64,000 nt of DNA from Botryllus schlosseri (GCA_051294905.1 CM119373.1:3288001-3352000); one strand, 5' to 3'. Positions 42,101 through 53,767 are shown, numbered from the stretch's first letter. Translations and numbers: made by a program. Notes: generated from the sequence alone by a model not told the origin.

Positions 42101-42180
42101 GACGACACTTACCCAGAACCGTTAGCGTAGACGTGATCCCCCGACGAGTCTACATACTGAATCTGCCCGCCTTGGTACAC
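27130..42180 (-). CDS. RFX: RFX winged-helix transcription factor (RFX1/2/3 type), shared core. Exons 42113-42180, 41059-41176, 38444-38629, 35881-36062, 35175-35291, 33137-33323, 31611-31756, 30334-30485, 29947-30050, 29545-29694, 28849-29057, 27353-27534, 27130-27197
   Basis: Phase-consistent GT-AG exons give 622 aa. N-terminal QIQYVD...VYANG and TRASPAT motifs; DNA-binding domain [16 protein letters not shown]...[37 protein letters not shown]; conserved [36 protein letters not shown]; dimerization domain [37 protein letters not shown]. Stop TAA at 27130-27132. Confidence 0.96.
28058..28297 (+). pseudogene. hAT transposase C-terminal dimerization-domain remnant in an RFX intron
   Basis: [33 protein letters not shown] resembles the hAT C-terminal (TS..VERSFS...R..L) motif. 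No upstream catalytic ORF. GGTCAAAA repeats and a CGCCCTA end near 28611. Confidence 0.72.
30929..31370. mobile_element. hAT MITE family A2 (CAGGGTTGTA TIR, GACTCGA repeats)
   Basis: TSD CTATATTC / CTACAATC (6 of 8). Fragments of the family near 3412, 27273, 29379 and 38700. Confidence 0.78.
31880..32150. mobile_element. Hammerhead repeat locus with inverted and tandem monomers
   Basis: Minus-strand hammerhead at 31904-31937 and plus-strand copy at 32095-32128 (CUGA to CCGA). Tail-to-head junctions on both strands. Confidence 0.7.
31904..31937 (-). ncRNA. Minimal type I hammerhead ribozyme, intact core
   Basis: Minus strand reads ACCC-CUGACGA-GUGUCAGCC-GAAAAUAUUC-GGGU: CUGANGA and GAAA core, UUC cleavage triplet, ACCC/GGGU stem I, palindromic AAUAUU stem III. 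Confidence 0.75.
32457..32912. mobile_element. Family A2 copy inserted in reverse into another A2 copy (about 32165-33070)
   Basis: CACGGTTGTGA...TCCAACCCTG termini interrupt a collinear A2 body. Confidence 0.7.
33355..34045. repeat. MITE with amplified TTAGAATTAG arrays
   Basis: Many 35-40-bp units containing ATTAGAATTAGAATTATAGC; related arrays at about 44650-45050 and 62890-63070. Confidence 0.7.
34065..35109. mobile_element. Charlie-like hAT MITE
   Basis: CAGCGGTTCTTGACCTT...AAGGTTAAGAACCACTG with GCGCCCCC subterminal motifs; TSD degraded. Confidence 0.7.
35411..35800. mobile_element. hAT MITE family A2 in the intron splitting the RFX DNA-binding domain
   Basis: CAGGGTTGTA...TACAACCCTA; perfect TSD CATTTCAG. 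Confidence 0.88.
36202..36794. mobile_element. TAGGGCTGTT foldback MITE
   Basis: Palindromic body with CACCAAATTTGGCTCAATTCCAACC repeats. Confidence 0.8.
37658..38323. mobile_element. TAGGG foldback MITE
   Basis: Inverted arms of about 310 bp; TSD ATGAACAT / CTGAACAT. Confidence 0.85.
40034..40660. mobile_element. TAGGG foldback MITE nested in another family member
   Basis: Inverted arms; flanking direct repeat TCTACAG. Confidence 0.8.
41385..41720. mobile_element. Hammerhead repeat locus, two copies in inverted arrangement
   Basis: Minus copy intact; plus copy at 41661-41694 has GAAA changed to GGAA. Confidence 0.7.
41452..41485 (-). ncRNA. Minimal type I hammerhead ribozyme, intact core
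   Basis: Minus strand reads GCCC-CUGACGA-GUGUCAGCC-GAAAAUAUUC-GGGU. Confidence 0.72.
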
Positions 42181-42586
42181 CTGATAAATACAAAAACATA
42201 CCTCACGCACACGCATAGAAGACACCCTCAAGACAAAAATACTCAAATGCTTTGATTAGTAGGCTACCACAGCACAATGCATTACAGGCTTGCCAATATT
42301 AACAGCCCATAACGTCCGTTAAAATCACAACTATCATTGAAACTTATTCAGGGTGGCTAACATTGCTACAGATTGGTGCAAGTTCAAAACTATTTGTTTT
42401 AGCGTGGATTCAGGCGATGTCATTATGAATATCCGACAACTTTGCCTCTAGTAATCATATCTACTTCGCTGTTACGTTCAAACTGTTTCTTTGCGGCCGA
42501 AGCATTTGTATTTTGTGTACTTGAAGAGCTTCTTGGTGGTACGGAAGTTCAACATACTACTGAATAGTATATTCATATTGAAATAA

Positions 42587-42620
42587 ACCCGATTATTTTC
42601 GGCTGACACTCGTCAGGGGT
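42587..42620 (-). ncRNA. Minimal hammerhead ribozyme, core intact, stem III variant
   Basis: Minus strand reads ACCC-CUGACGA-GUGUCAGCC-GAAAAUAAUC-GGGU; the stem III palindrome is broken by one substitution. Confidence 0.55.
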
Positions 42621-43492
42621 AGGCCTAATCGCCAGTCGAAAATTGTCTGGTTTATTTCAATAGCAATATACTATTCAATAGTACATTGTGTACGATTTCA
42701 ATGTGGTAGCAATTGGATCTGAGCGCGTCGATTTGATTGAAATGCTGAGTCTGAGTCCAGTGAAATCAATTTTGCAAAGTGACTCAAAACAAGTCAAGTC
42801 ATGTGAACAAATTGACTTGAGTCATCCCAACATTAATATGACATCGTTAAGAGCATAATTGAATACTCAAATCGAAGACAAATCAGTCAGATGCTCGGTT
42901 TTGTCCCGCCTTTGCAATGATTAATGCAGAAAAATGAGGGTTTAGGACAAGAATCACGTTAGTCAGCCAAGTGCACATCTAAAGCTAATGATTGTAGGCA
43001 TTGAATATCTCGATAGTAAACATTTTATTAAGCAGGCATACCAAAAACACACAGCAAACCGAAACAATTTTGAGCGGACTGCTCTCTCTCTTTCTACATT
43101 GAGGTAAACTTTTTGATAGAATCACGACAAAAATCACAAATCCGTTCATGTCCATCTACTTTCCATGAATCGTCAAGTGACCTGGTCATTCTCTACACTC
43201 AGATGAACCTGAGACCAGCGCCGAGGACAATGATTCCAGTACTCAAATCTGAATCGAGCATTAATTCTTGATTCGAGTGCTGAAATTTCATGCTCCTTAT
43301 CAACGAGAATTACATTTTGATAACATTATATGGTATTATACCAGCGCTACTTGTAACAGAATTAGGAGAAAAAACACAAATCTATTAATTTCCATCTACT
43401 TTTCACACTGTTTTCCACACTATTTTAGAACACGGCACACTTCACACGGTGTTATCATTTCTACGGATCCCGTTTCACGAGATCTCAACAAC

Positions 43493-46143
43493 CTGGGACG
43501 CGTCAATATCATCGTTGGCGGCGGTCAACTCTAAATCGGCGATGGTTAGCACGCGGTCTCCGAGACGCACCCCGGCGGAATTGAGGGCGCGCGTTAGCTG
43601 TAGGATCGAAAATAGTGGGTGTTACAATTACACAGTAGCCTACTCAGGATTACATACATGTGGCAGTAGCGATTTCATTATGATTAACAACATTCACGCA
43701 GCTATGTAGCCTATGCAATGCAGGCTGATTTTCTCATCATCATAAAGGGTGTATACACATTAAGGGTGGTAAAAAAAATATATTGTTGTTCAAATTTCAC
43801 AGTCTAGTTGATAGAATTGCTAAGTTGGCTTAAAAAGGCTGCACGCCAAATTGAGCTCAATTCCAACCTGTAGACGAGGAGCTATTTGAGTTCAATGTTA
43901 AATTGTAGGCCTACTTATTTTTCTGTCCTGATTTGGTCTCATCATAGGTCACAATAGCTAATCTGACGATGGGCACACTGATAATAACATATCTCGACTG
44001 GCAACGGAGTTTGCAATTAGGACTGATCATTTTCAGTTGGTCAATTCCCAAAGTTCTGGTTAAGCTACTTCTGATTTAGGTTACTAACTAGGATTTTCGA
44101 TTACCTTAGTTTTGGTTGCATATCAATGGTAATCACGGGCTCATATCAACGACTAATATTAAATTCAAACATGAAACATCACTCATCTATTATCGTGCTG
44201 GTATGGTATTGATTAATATACATTCACTAGGTATTACTTGTTAGTTAAATTAAGTATAAAATCAATAAGAAAGCCCGGTCATTGAATATAGTACAGCACA
44301 GTACACATAAGATTTTATTGTGTGCACTTATGCAGTGCTACCAGTACCAGAATACTTGTAGTTTTAGGACTAAAACAAGCTACAGTGTTTTAACACAACA
44401 TGTACCATCAATGTTTAAGCACTTGTTGCAAAGATATCTTTTAGCGTTGTCGATTGCTGTTGGAATATGTGTGGTAGTGATTTTAACGGTGAATATTATG
44501 ATTACTAACTGGTTATGGTACTAGTGTAGCAGCCCACAATATTCAAATTAAAATGATACCACTACCGCAGACTTCCACTATCTCTCCATTACACGTTTGT
44601 TTATGAGACCACAAAATATGTAGCTGTGACAAGACTGCATATAAAATTGAAACGAACGCAGATTTGGACTAGATAATTCTAGTTGTTTAATAAGAGTAAG
44701 TACAACAAAACCCAAGTAATCTAATTCTAATCTAACTCGTAAAAACATGATAATTCTATATCTAGTCTAGTCTAATCCAACTCGGAGTGTAGTGATAATT
44801 TTAATTCTAGTCTAATTTGGCAACTCTAATTATAATCTAATTTGGAAAAAAATCTGTAGCGACAATTATGATCTAATTTGCAAAACCTGTGTAGTGATAA
44901 TTCTAATTCTAGTCTAAATTGGACATTCCAATTCTAATCTGTGTAACTATGATAATAATTCTAGCTTAATTTGGAAAAAAAACTGTATAGCTATCCAATT
45001 CTAAGCTAATTTAGAAAAGTTAACAATTTTCTAGCCGCCCAAGTCTGGACTACGCGTTCTGGCGTATCTGCACCAACTATTTCTTTTCTGCCAGAAGACT
45101 CCGCCATGATCTCACCTCTGCGTCTCTCTTTTCAGCCTCCTGCTTGAACTGCCAGATCTTACTAGCGACCTCAGAGTTATTGCCGAACTCTACGATCCTG
45201 AACTTCTGAGGCGGGGAAGTCACTCCTCTAATGGTTGCCTTCCTTTCATCCTGCTAGCAATACGCACGATATTATCATCCTGCACTAGATGAGCTAAGTT
45301 CAACCTTTCAGCAGACCGACAGCACTTTGTCTCAATGAGAATGATATATATATAAATATATAGCCTAATCCTTCCAGAGTCGTGATTATTTATCAAAACT
45401 TACTGCGTAAATCCGTCTTCGTTGGGTAGCACTTACATGAGTAGGCCTACTTTTCAAACGTTCATTTACTCCGTTCGATTAAAAGTACTTCTACTTGCTA
45501 TTGAGTAGAAATTTACGGTTGTACATCAATCTCTACTCAAGTACCAGCACCGACTATTTTTACCACCTCTCTATAGTGTATATACTATATATATATAGAT
45601 AGATATTATACCAGCACTATAATTTTGATCTTACCTCTGCCAATTGTCTTATGGTAGTTTTGAAAATTCGTATTTTAGGCCTATCATATTAGCCTACATA
45701 ATTACATGCAATATTTACGGAGGTACGCGCGTACAACGTTGACTTGCGTTTGCGCACAGTCTCAAAGTAAATTAGCCTTCAAATATGTACCCAATAGAAG
45801 ATATGTGTTATGTTTTGGTGTGCAGGCTTGTCATAGCAAGGCAAGATGAATTCATAGTATATTTTGACCGTAAAATTTGCATGGGTTGGCAACAAATAAA
45901 TACATAAGAAATATGATACATCAAGTTCTTTTATCCTACATGATCCCTGTGTGGTAGGGCCTGTAATATTTTCCGAAAATCCGAATCGGTAAAGCAGCTT
46001 ACAGAGACAAACTCCACGGGTTTCTGTTGCTCTCGAGACCGACGGCTCTCGACTTTCACTTTACTATTGATGGTTAGATCCATGGCCTGCTGTAGTACAG
46101 CAGTTTTCGCAGGCCTCGGTTCTTCTTCCGTTTTGCAAGGCAT
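43493..46143 (-). CDS. RFX: RFX alternative N-terminus, isoform C. Exons 46003-46143 (MPCKTEEE...EFVS), 45116-45253 (QDERK...KRDAE), 43493-43597 (LTRALN...DASQ)
   Basis: Three GC-richer open exons, all phase 0, donors GTAAGC, GTGAGA and a weak GTTGTT. In frame with exon 42113-42180. Confidence 0.62.
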
Positions 46144-46259
46144 TTAACTTTTCAATATAGCAATATAATGTACGGGCGCCTTTCGGGAGTGCTTACGAAA
46201 AGGCGGCGGGCCTAGTGGTACGTCGACATCTGCTGAATAGATTTCATTTTGTTTGCGCT

Positions 46260-48227
46260 GAGTAATTCCCTGTCAACATGCAAATATTTTTTAAATCCGT
46301 CTCCACACCCCCTCAAGATTTTTCTCTAAATCTACATACAACTAAAGTATCTAGTTCTGAGTACAACGAAATTTATTTCGGACAATTTCGTTGAACGGCT
46401 CTCGAGTTATTGCAGTTTGAAAAATGATTATTTTGTGGTTACTCAACCATGAAATTTGGTAACACAAAACCTGTGTATGATTGTAACTGATATAGCTCAG
46501 AGGTTACGTAGAGTAAAGGTTTGAATGTTATTTAGCAATAATTGCTGGAACATGTTCTTCCCTTACCACGAATATCCCCGCTCTACAGTATTGGGTCAAG
46601 GTTCAAAACGCGATTTCAAAATTGGCATATGTTAAAATCGGTGATGCATAACGATATTTTTCAACTCATCTGGTGCAATTCTATTTAAACCAAAATTCAC
46701 AAGCAAGGTGTCATTTGAAAGCTGTTTCCAACTAGAATGCACGAAACATAGTTTTATTATTGATATTTGACAGCAACATGGTTAAAAATATAATATGGTG
46801 CATAATGCAAAATAGGTCATTTTTTGATTAATTTTAATTATATTAATTCAGTGATTATCTGATTTTGCCATTATTCTACTCGTTATATGATAATGTGTTT
46901 CAGTAGATAATTATTGCCATGCTCAGAGAATACCTTTATTTATTGCCTGTGCATTATGCTTGCAAGGGTGCTTCTGGGTTTACCGACTATCAGTAATTCG
47001 AGTCAACATCCAAATAATATTTCAATTCGTCTTCACACCCTCTCAGATTTCTCTGCAATATCATGTACAACTAAAGTACTCAATTCTGAGTAGAATAGAA
47101 TATAATTAATATAACTTTATTGATCGGTTCTTGAGCAATTGCAGCAGTATGAAGAATGAGGATTTCGTGCTTACTCAACCATGAAATTTGCGTATAATTA
47201 TAACTGCTAAAATCATACTTATACAGGCTGCAGGTAGTAATGCTCCTGTTTGGAATCGGTGTCCTGTGCTCACACTATATTTATTTTTTTAATTATTTTT
47301 TATTAAATTACTTTAACTTAAAATCATCGCTGCTCCGCTGATATATCAGGCAAAAAGGCCAGCGATTCCAATCAGGGTAATGCTGGTAATCAATGATTGG
47401 TAATACATGTTCTTCACTCACTAGGAATTCCCCTCCGCATTACAGGATCAAGGTTCAAATCTTGATTTGAAAATTGACATACCAGTATGTTAAAATCAGT
47501 GATGCGTGACGATATTTCCGAACTCTCTGGCACGACTCTATCTAACTCAAAATTCATAAGTAAGGTGTCATATGAAAGCTGTTACCAATTGGAATCCATC
47601 AGACTTGGTTATAAATTGAATATAAGATTGTACCACGGTTAAAAATATACTTTGACACTTTATGCAGAGCACGTCATGCACTATTTAGAGCGCATCTTTT
47701 CAATTAAGTTTTAGACAAGTGGCAGTCAAATATCACATGCAATACCAATTCAGCAATGTTCTACTCTTTCCAAGCTTCCATTTGACACCTTCCTCGAAAA
47801 ATTATGTTTAAATAGAATTACGCTAGGCGGAGTTGCATATTTGTTACGCATGGCTGATTTTGAAAACATGATGACTTTGAATTGACATTTGACCCCTAAC
47901 CCCCATTAGTAAAGTTAAAAATTTAGGTCCATCACAATAAGCATATACCAAAATATCTTACTACAGAAATTTAAGTCTGCCCGGCAGTAATTTGATCACT
48001 ATAATGATAATTACAATTACACACAGGTTCCAAGCGGTATAGCGTCACGGCCGAGTGAGCACAAAATGTCATTTTTCAAATTGCAACAACTCTGTAACGA
48101 ATTGTCCGATTTTCTTGAAACAAAGTTTGTTATGCACCAAATTTAATGCCTGATCGATGTGAAAATTTTCAATTTGATCTGAAATGGGTGTGGAGACGGG
48201 CGTTTGCATGTTGAGAGGGAATTACTC
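46260..48227. mobile_element. About 2-kb non-autonomous DNA element with long TIRs and an internal tandem duplication
   Basis: GAGTAATTCCCTGTCAACATGCAAA...TTTGCATGTTGAGAGGGAATTACTC. The segment at about 46290-46800 recurs at about 47020-47660. Superfamily not determined. Confidence 0.65.
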
Positions 48228-50802
48228 ACCGCTGTCAATCGTGATTTTGCAATGCAACCTGATTTCAGGTTGCCAAATACTGAAAGGCTATGGGTGCCAT
48301 AGGCTATCTTTCGTAAAGCACTGCCAAACTGAGTGAGACAGTGCGAAATTATTGTTAATTATTGTTATCTGAATATCCCAGTGATAAAGAAGAATGAGTC
48401 CAGGCCATATTTGTACAAACTAGTTATTTGACGATCAATTAACTACTGTATTTTCGAGTAGTTCTAGTTCTAGTTGCATATTTTGAAAAGCGAGCAGTTC
48501 TAGTTTTATTTTTAGCTGCGCATTTAAAAAATTAAGTATCCTAACAACTAGCATCGTTTGGCGTGAATCGTGATACTGATGTTCAGTTGCGTGATGTTCT
48601 TGCAGCCATTGCTAGCTCAGAGTCATCACAACAAATATTGGCGTAGAGGGGGGTGGGTTTTAGGGGTCGAAACACACCCATTTCAAGCTTACACTCATCG
48701 TCGTACGGTAGCCGATCAAATTATTATAGAATAATATGAATGAGTGGCTTCAGAATTGCATCTAGCTAGTTGTGTTTTAGGTGTGTGTAACAAAAACTGA
48801 GCATTTCTAGTTCTAATTGCGCATTTTGTAAACCCAGCAGTCTGGCAATTCAATTATGTCTAGAATCTAGGCTAATAGAAAAGAGTGGCAGGCGGCTGGT
48901 AGGAATTGAAGTTTCTCTCAGCCTAGGGTGGTTTTGTTAAAGCAAACACAGCCATGGATGTTGCCAGGATGAGCTCAATGGGACATAGGCTACAGTAATT
49001 ATCCGAAGAATCTCCATTACGGTAGCTTACTGTCCTAGACGCACTCGTTAATCATATAAAACGTACTGAAAAAACAACTTCTCATCGCGACGATAATACA
49101 ATGCCGATAGTGCCAAAACAGTGTAAACGCGCCATACTTCAAATTACGGTGGCAAATATCTTCAAAAAGCGTCAAAACCGGAAAATTTGACACGCGAACA
49201 CGCTAATTGACGACGCTTTCAAACTGCGCTTATGACATCACCGTACACGGAAATCGGCGAAAGTGATGCGACAATCGCAAAGTCGCTATTCCGTCAAACG
49301 CTACGGCGAAGCCTACTCCGTTCAGAAACGATTAATTAAACTCAAGGCGCGGGCTTCAGCGGATAGGCGCCGTTTAAAACCCTACTTATCACGGCGAAAT
49401 AGTCAAGGACGCACGCTGCAGAGCTCTTGAAATTTTAGTATATAGCTCTAAGAGCGTCGTAAAGATAACCTTGCTACTAAGCCTGTGCGACTACGGTACC
49501 GCGTAGCGTACATACGACAGGCTTGTGCAAACTACTGGATTTTCCAAATGCGCTACTAGAACTAGAACTAGACTAGAATTACTCTCTTTTCGAAACTAGC
49601 AATTACAACTAGAAGTCTAGCTTCGTGGCCTAGTTGGTTAGGCGCTAAAGTTCCATTAGGGCTAGAACTAACGGCATTAAAATATACGCAACTAAACAGA
49701 ATTTTGTCGGAACCGGGTCGATAATTCACACGACTATTTGCGTCTATTAGTACAACAAAATCAACGGCGATTCATACAGATAGAATTACCACAATGCGGG
49801 ATAAACTATACTCCTGAGCGAGCGATGGCTGCGAGAACATTACACAACAGAACACCGGTATCGCGATTCACGTAATTCCACAACCAAGTTATTTTTAAAT
49901 GCGCAACTAGAACTGGAACTACTCGAAAAACAGTAGTTCGTCGGTAATTCAACGTAAACTAACTATACTGGTAGTCCGTACTGGCCTGTTGCCGACTGCT
50001 ACTATCTTTTCCGCTAACTTGTGAAACTCAAATAAACTATCCGGCGCGGTTACAACCAAGCCCTGATGACAGACAGATGCACCACCTTTCCGTGACACGC
50101 GGCGGCCGATTTTTAAAACGCCAATTCGTTGGTTTAAAGATCGACACAAAAGATTTCTTACGCCGGCGGGTCCCTGCTTGCTGCGGACGTTGTGGCACGG
50201 AGTTTAAACCGACATAAAGCAAACAAAAGACGATCGACTCGTCTCTCGTTATTATGTACCAGCCTCGGACACAATGAATAGGTGTCAGGTCTTTCCCGGT
50301 CGAAAGTAGCTGGTAAGTGATTTTCAGTCGCTCAAAGACTGCAAATTATTGACATTATGTTCGAGATTTGTACATATCTAATCGAAACGGCTGAAATGTT
50401 ATAAAATGCGCGATTGTCCGAGTAGAACATCCGCGAAAATGCGGTTTATACAACACGACACATTTTGAAGAGCTTTTCGGAGGTAGAGCACTTCAATATA
50501 CAATTGATTATACTATTCATATTGAAATAAACGCGAATATTTTCGGCTCACACTCGTACTCACACTCGGGTAATCGCCAGCAACTGGTAGAGAATTGGAA
50601 AGAATATTGTATATCAACAATCGTACAATAGACTACGAATCACGGCCCAACAAAAACAAAACTGCAACACGATATCGAAGTCATGATCGGGTATAGGCAC
50701 AGGCATACTTTGCGCAAAATCAACGTAAAAGTGCCACTCGACCAGTACTGTAATATCACGGTTTGAGGTGTACATTGTACAATAAAGAAATACAGAATCC
50801 CG

Positions 50803-50981
50803 GTCGCTAAGCAACGGATCATCAGTTGACATGACATTTGTTCCGTTTCCTAGCGACGCGCGCGCTGTGAAAAGCTTTATATTGACACAAAAAGCGATTC
50901 GGCCGAGATGAAATATAACCGCCGGCGCTCAAGGGAGGCAGACACGGGGTCTCCAAATATACTTTACGTTGCTATGGCGAC
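50803..50981. promoter_or_regulatory. X-box (RFX-binding site) cluster inside an RFX intron
   Basis: GTCGCTAAGCAAC 50803-50815, GTTTCCTAGCGAC 50845-50857 and GTTGCTATGGCGAC 50968-50981 approximate the GTNRCC-N0-3-RGYAAC palindrome, in a CpG-rich patch. Confidence 0.65.
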
Positions 50982-51643
50982 CGGCACCGCTTTTCAGCAC
51001 ACAGTTTTTATGAAGCACGGACCTATTTTATTGCCTCGTAATCTGTCGTCATGGAGATTCTGTGATTGCGTGGGAATCAGACTAGTACCAACTACTGGAA
51101 TCTCAAAATGTGCAACTAAAATTAGAACTGACGACCTTTAAAAAACCGCAATTAACCATCGAAAACACAACTGATTAATAACTAATACGAAGTGTGAATG
51201 AGATGAGCAGGATCGGCGTTTTAAAGGATGGGGTTTAACTATAACTAGAACTAGAATACTCATTTTTTTTACATCCGCAACTAGAACTAAAACTAAAACT
51301 ACTTACTTTTCAAAATCCCCAACTGTAACTAGAATTACTCATTTTTCAAAATCCACAGCTAGAACTATAACTAGAGCTACTCATTTTATTAAATTCGCAA
51401 CTAGAACTAGAACTATAAGAACTACTCAATTTTTTAGACTCACAACTAGAACTAGAACTACTCACTTATTAAAATTCGCAACTAGAACTAGAACTACTTC
51501 GTAAATATTGCTTGGAAAATACTGCAAGATCATCACACAACATAACGCCAGTATCATGATGCACGTCAAACAACGACACATGTTGGCCAGTTGATAGCCT
51601 ATGCCACTATTTCTTTTCGAAATTCGCAAACAGAACTAGAAGC

Positions 51644-51894
51644 GCTTCTTGGAGGTACAGAACTTCAATATTCAATTAAATAGTATATTCATATTGAAAT
51701 GAACCCGAATATTTTCGGCTGACACTCGTCAGGGGTAATCGTCAGCAACTAGTAGAGAATTGGAAAGAACATTGTATACGGTATCAACAATCGTATCACA
51801 AAATATGACGTCACCAGCATGAAATTTCGAATGAGACTCTCTGTGTCAGCCGAAAATATTCGGGTTCATTTCAATATGAATATACTATTTAATT
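51644..51894 (-). mobile_element. Hammerhead repeat insertion with inverted partial copy
   Basis: Minus copy plus an inverted fragment from 51843. Flanked by AGAACTAGAAGC at 51632-51643 and 51895-51906, though the host sequence is itself AGAACT-rich. Confidence 0.7.
51703..51736 (-). ncRNA. Minimal type I hammerhead ribozyme, intact core
   Basis: Minus strand reads ACCC-CUGACGA-GUGUCAGCC-GAAAAUAUUC-GGGU. Confidence 0.75.
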
Positions 51895-53767
51895 AGAACT
51901 AGAAGCACTCAAAACACCGTCAACTAACCAGCTTGGTACTTTGTACAAGTCTGGTGGCTATGGACCGTACGGGCGATTTAGTTTGCTTCTGTCAAGCCCT
52001 AAAATATCGGAATTTTAAAAGTTCTGTGCTTTACAACGACTACAATAATCGAATATTGCGATAACTCGCAGAAGAGGTGGTCAACTCAAGCTAGTCAGTC
52101 GGCACTAAGTAGAAGTAGAAGTGCCAAGTGAATGAAGTGATGTCATACATTTCTACTCAAGTGGCTACTTCCGAGACATGATAAAACTACTTCAAGTATC
52201 GGAAGAAAAAAAACAAGGTCCGAAAGTTAATTGGGTAACTAGTTTCAAAACTAGATATTTTAGCGGTTGGCCAGGGCTGGCTAATGAAAAAGACATTTAG
52301 GGGAGCCGCAAATTTACGAGCCCGGAAACAGTGAGCGTTCTGCAGGAAAAACTAGGCTCTTTCGCCCCTCGATTTCAGTGCATTATGACGCTGTTTCGGG
52401 GTCACGTCACACTGTACACTCTTGTCGAAAATGTGCACTTACACCCGTGTACCACCCCTGACAAACGGGTGTGAATATACATATACACTCATCGGCCATG
52501 GCACACGAAACCGTAGAACCTACCTCACACTTATACCACGGTATAAATCGAGTACAACATTTTAATCCAAATTATGCATGCACGTAGGAAAGTGGGTTTA
52601 TGACCGCGATATAACTTTGACTAAGGTGCTATGTTCGTGTACCACCCTTTAAATGTGAATACACAGTATGAGGGAGTTCGCGGTAGAAAAATTGTAAACC
52701 GTCATATTTTACTTACGGCCAAGCCTCTGCGCGAATTTTTCGATGCGAATTTCAAAAATTACGACGCCGGTACGTCTGTGACGCAATACACGCTGTCGGG
52801 CGATGCCCGACAAGCGAAATAGCTGCGGAATGCCGGAAGGCTTTGGAAAGAGTTGGGCTCAAGCCGTGAATGCTGATAGGTCAACACTCCACACTGCGGA
52901 AGGTCGGCGCTTGGAATTCATTCCTCACAACTCATCGAATTGTATGGCTGAACTTTGAACTTTCGGAAATGCGTAGCACCGCATGGTGGCAGTAGTAACA
53001 AAATAACGCGTTGACAATGTCCTCACACAATGGAGCTCGTCTGAAGTGCTTGATTACGGGCTTATAATACAATGCGGGTTCTGCATCACATCAAACATAA
53101 TTTGGTATATTTTCGATGCTCTGGGTTGATCACGACATCGCGGATATGACGTACGGTTCGAACCCACGCAATGGTCGAAAACCGCTACGAATATTCTTGG
53201 CCCAAAACTACGAAGTTGTTTAACGTGACGTGTAGCCGGCACCATTTTTCTTGTGGCCGCAAAACAAACAACGATATTTTAAATTTTCAAGTCATTACAA
53301 TTGTTATTATCTCGTAATACGCGCTGTTCGAATACTCGACTCGGCTCGGAACATCAAAGCACCCATGCATTCGATTTTGCCGATCCATGGGCCTACCAGT
53401 TATCATTTTCCGGGCAGGTTTTTGTTGTTGGGTGTATGGTGATTTGTTTGGCGATATTAACTCAATGGTTTTGTTCGCCATATTCACTACAGTCATGTCT
53501 GCATTAGTTGACCTATTGAACTTCGTGCCACTCGTGATCGCGTCTCTTTAACTGTTATATTTTCCTGCATATCGAGACAATACTATATCTACAACGCCGT
53601 ACGCTCCGGGATTTCGCCCTCGGATGACTCAAGTTTGTTTGCACGCAAATATACGTTGAGATAGTGAATCGCCGTTGAATCGGCTTTGGCGACAGATTTA
53701 TCTGCGCTACATCGGAACACGGTCGTTAAACGCGATACAATGGCGGACAAATCAATTCGATTCTTAC

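Larger units (their letters stand above)
51085..51953. repeat. MITE with AGAACT (CTAGAACTAG) arrays
   Basis: Tandem CAACTAGAACTAGAACTACTC units; related segments at about 48400-48850 (inverted) and 49519-50065. Confidence 0.65.

Noticed and set aside
50260..50320. Plus-strand donor CTG|GTAAGT suggesting an antisense exon
   Set aside because: Isolated motif with no partner exon or ORF support; expected by chance.
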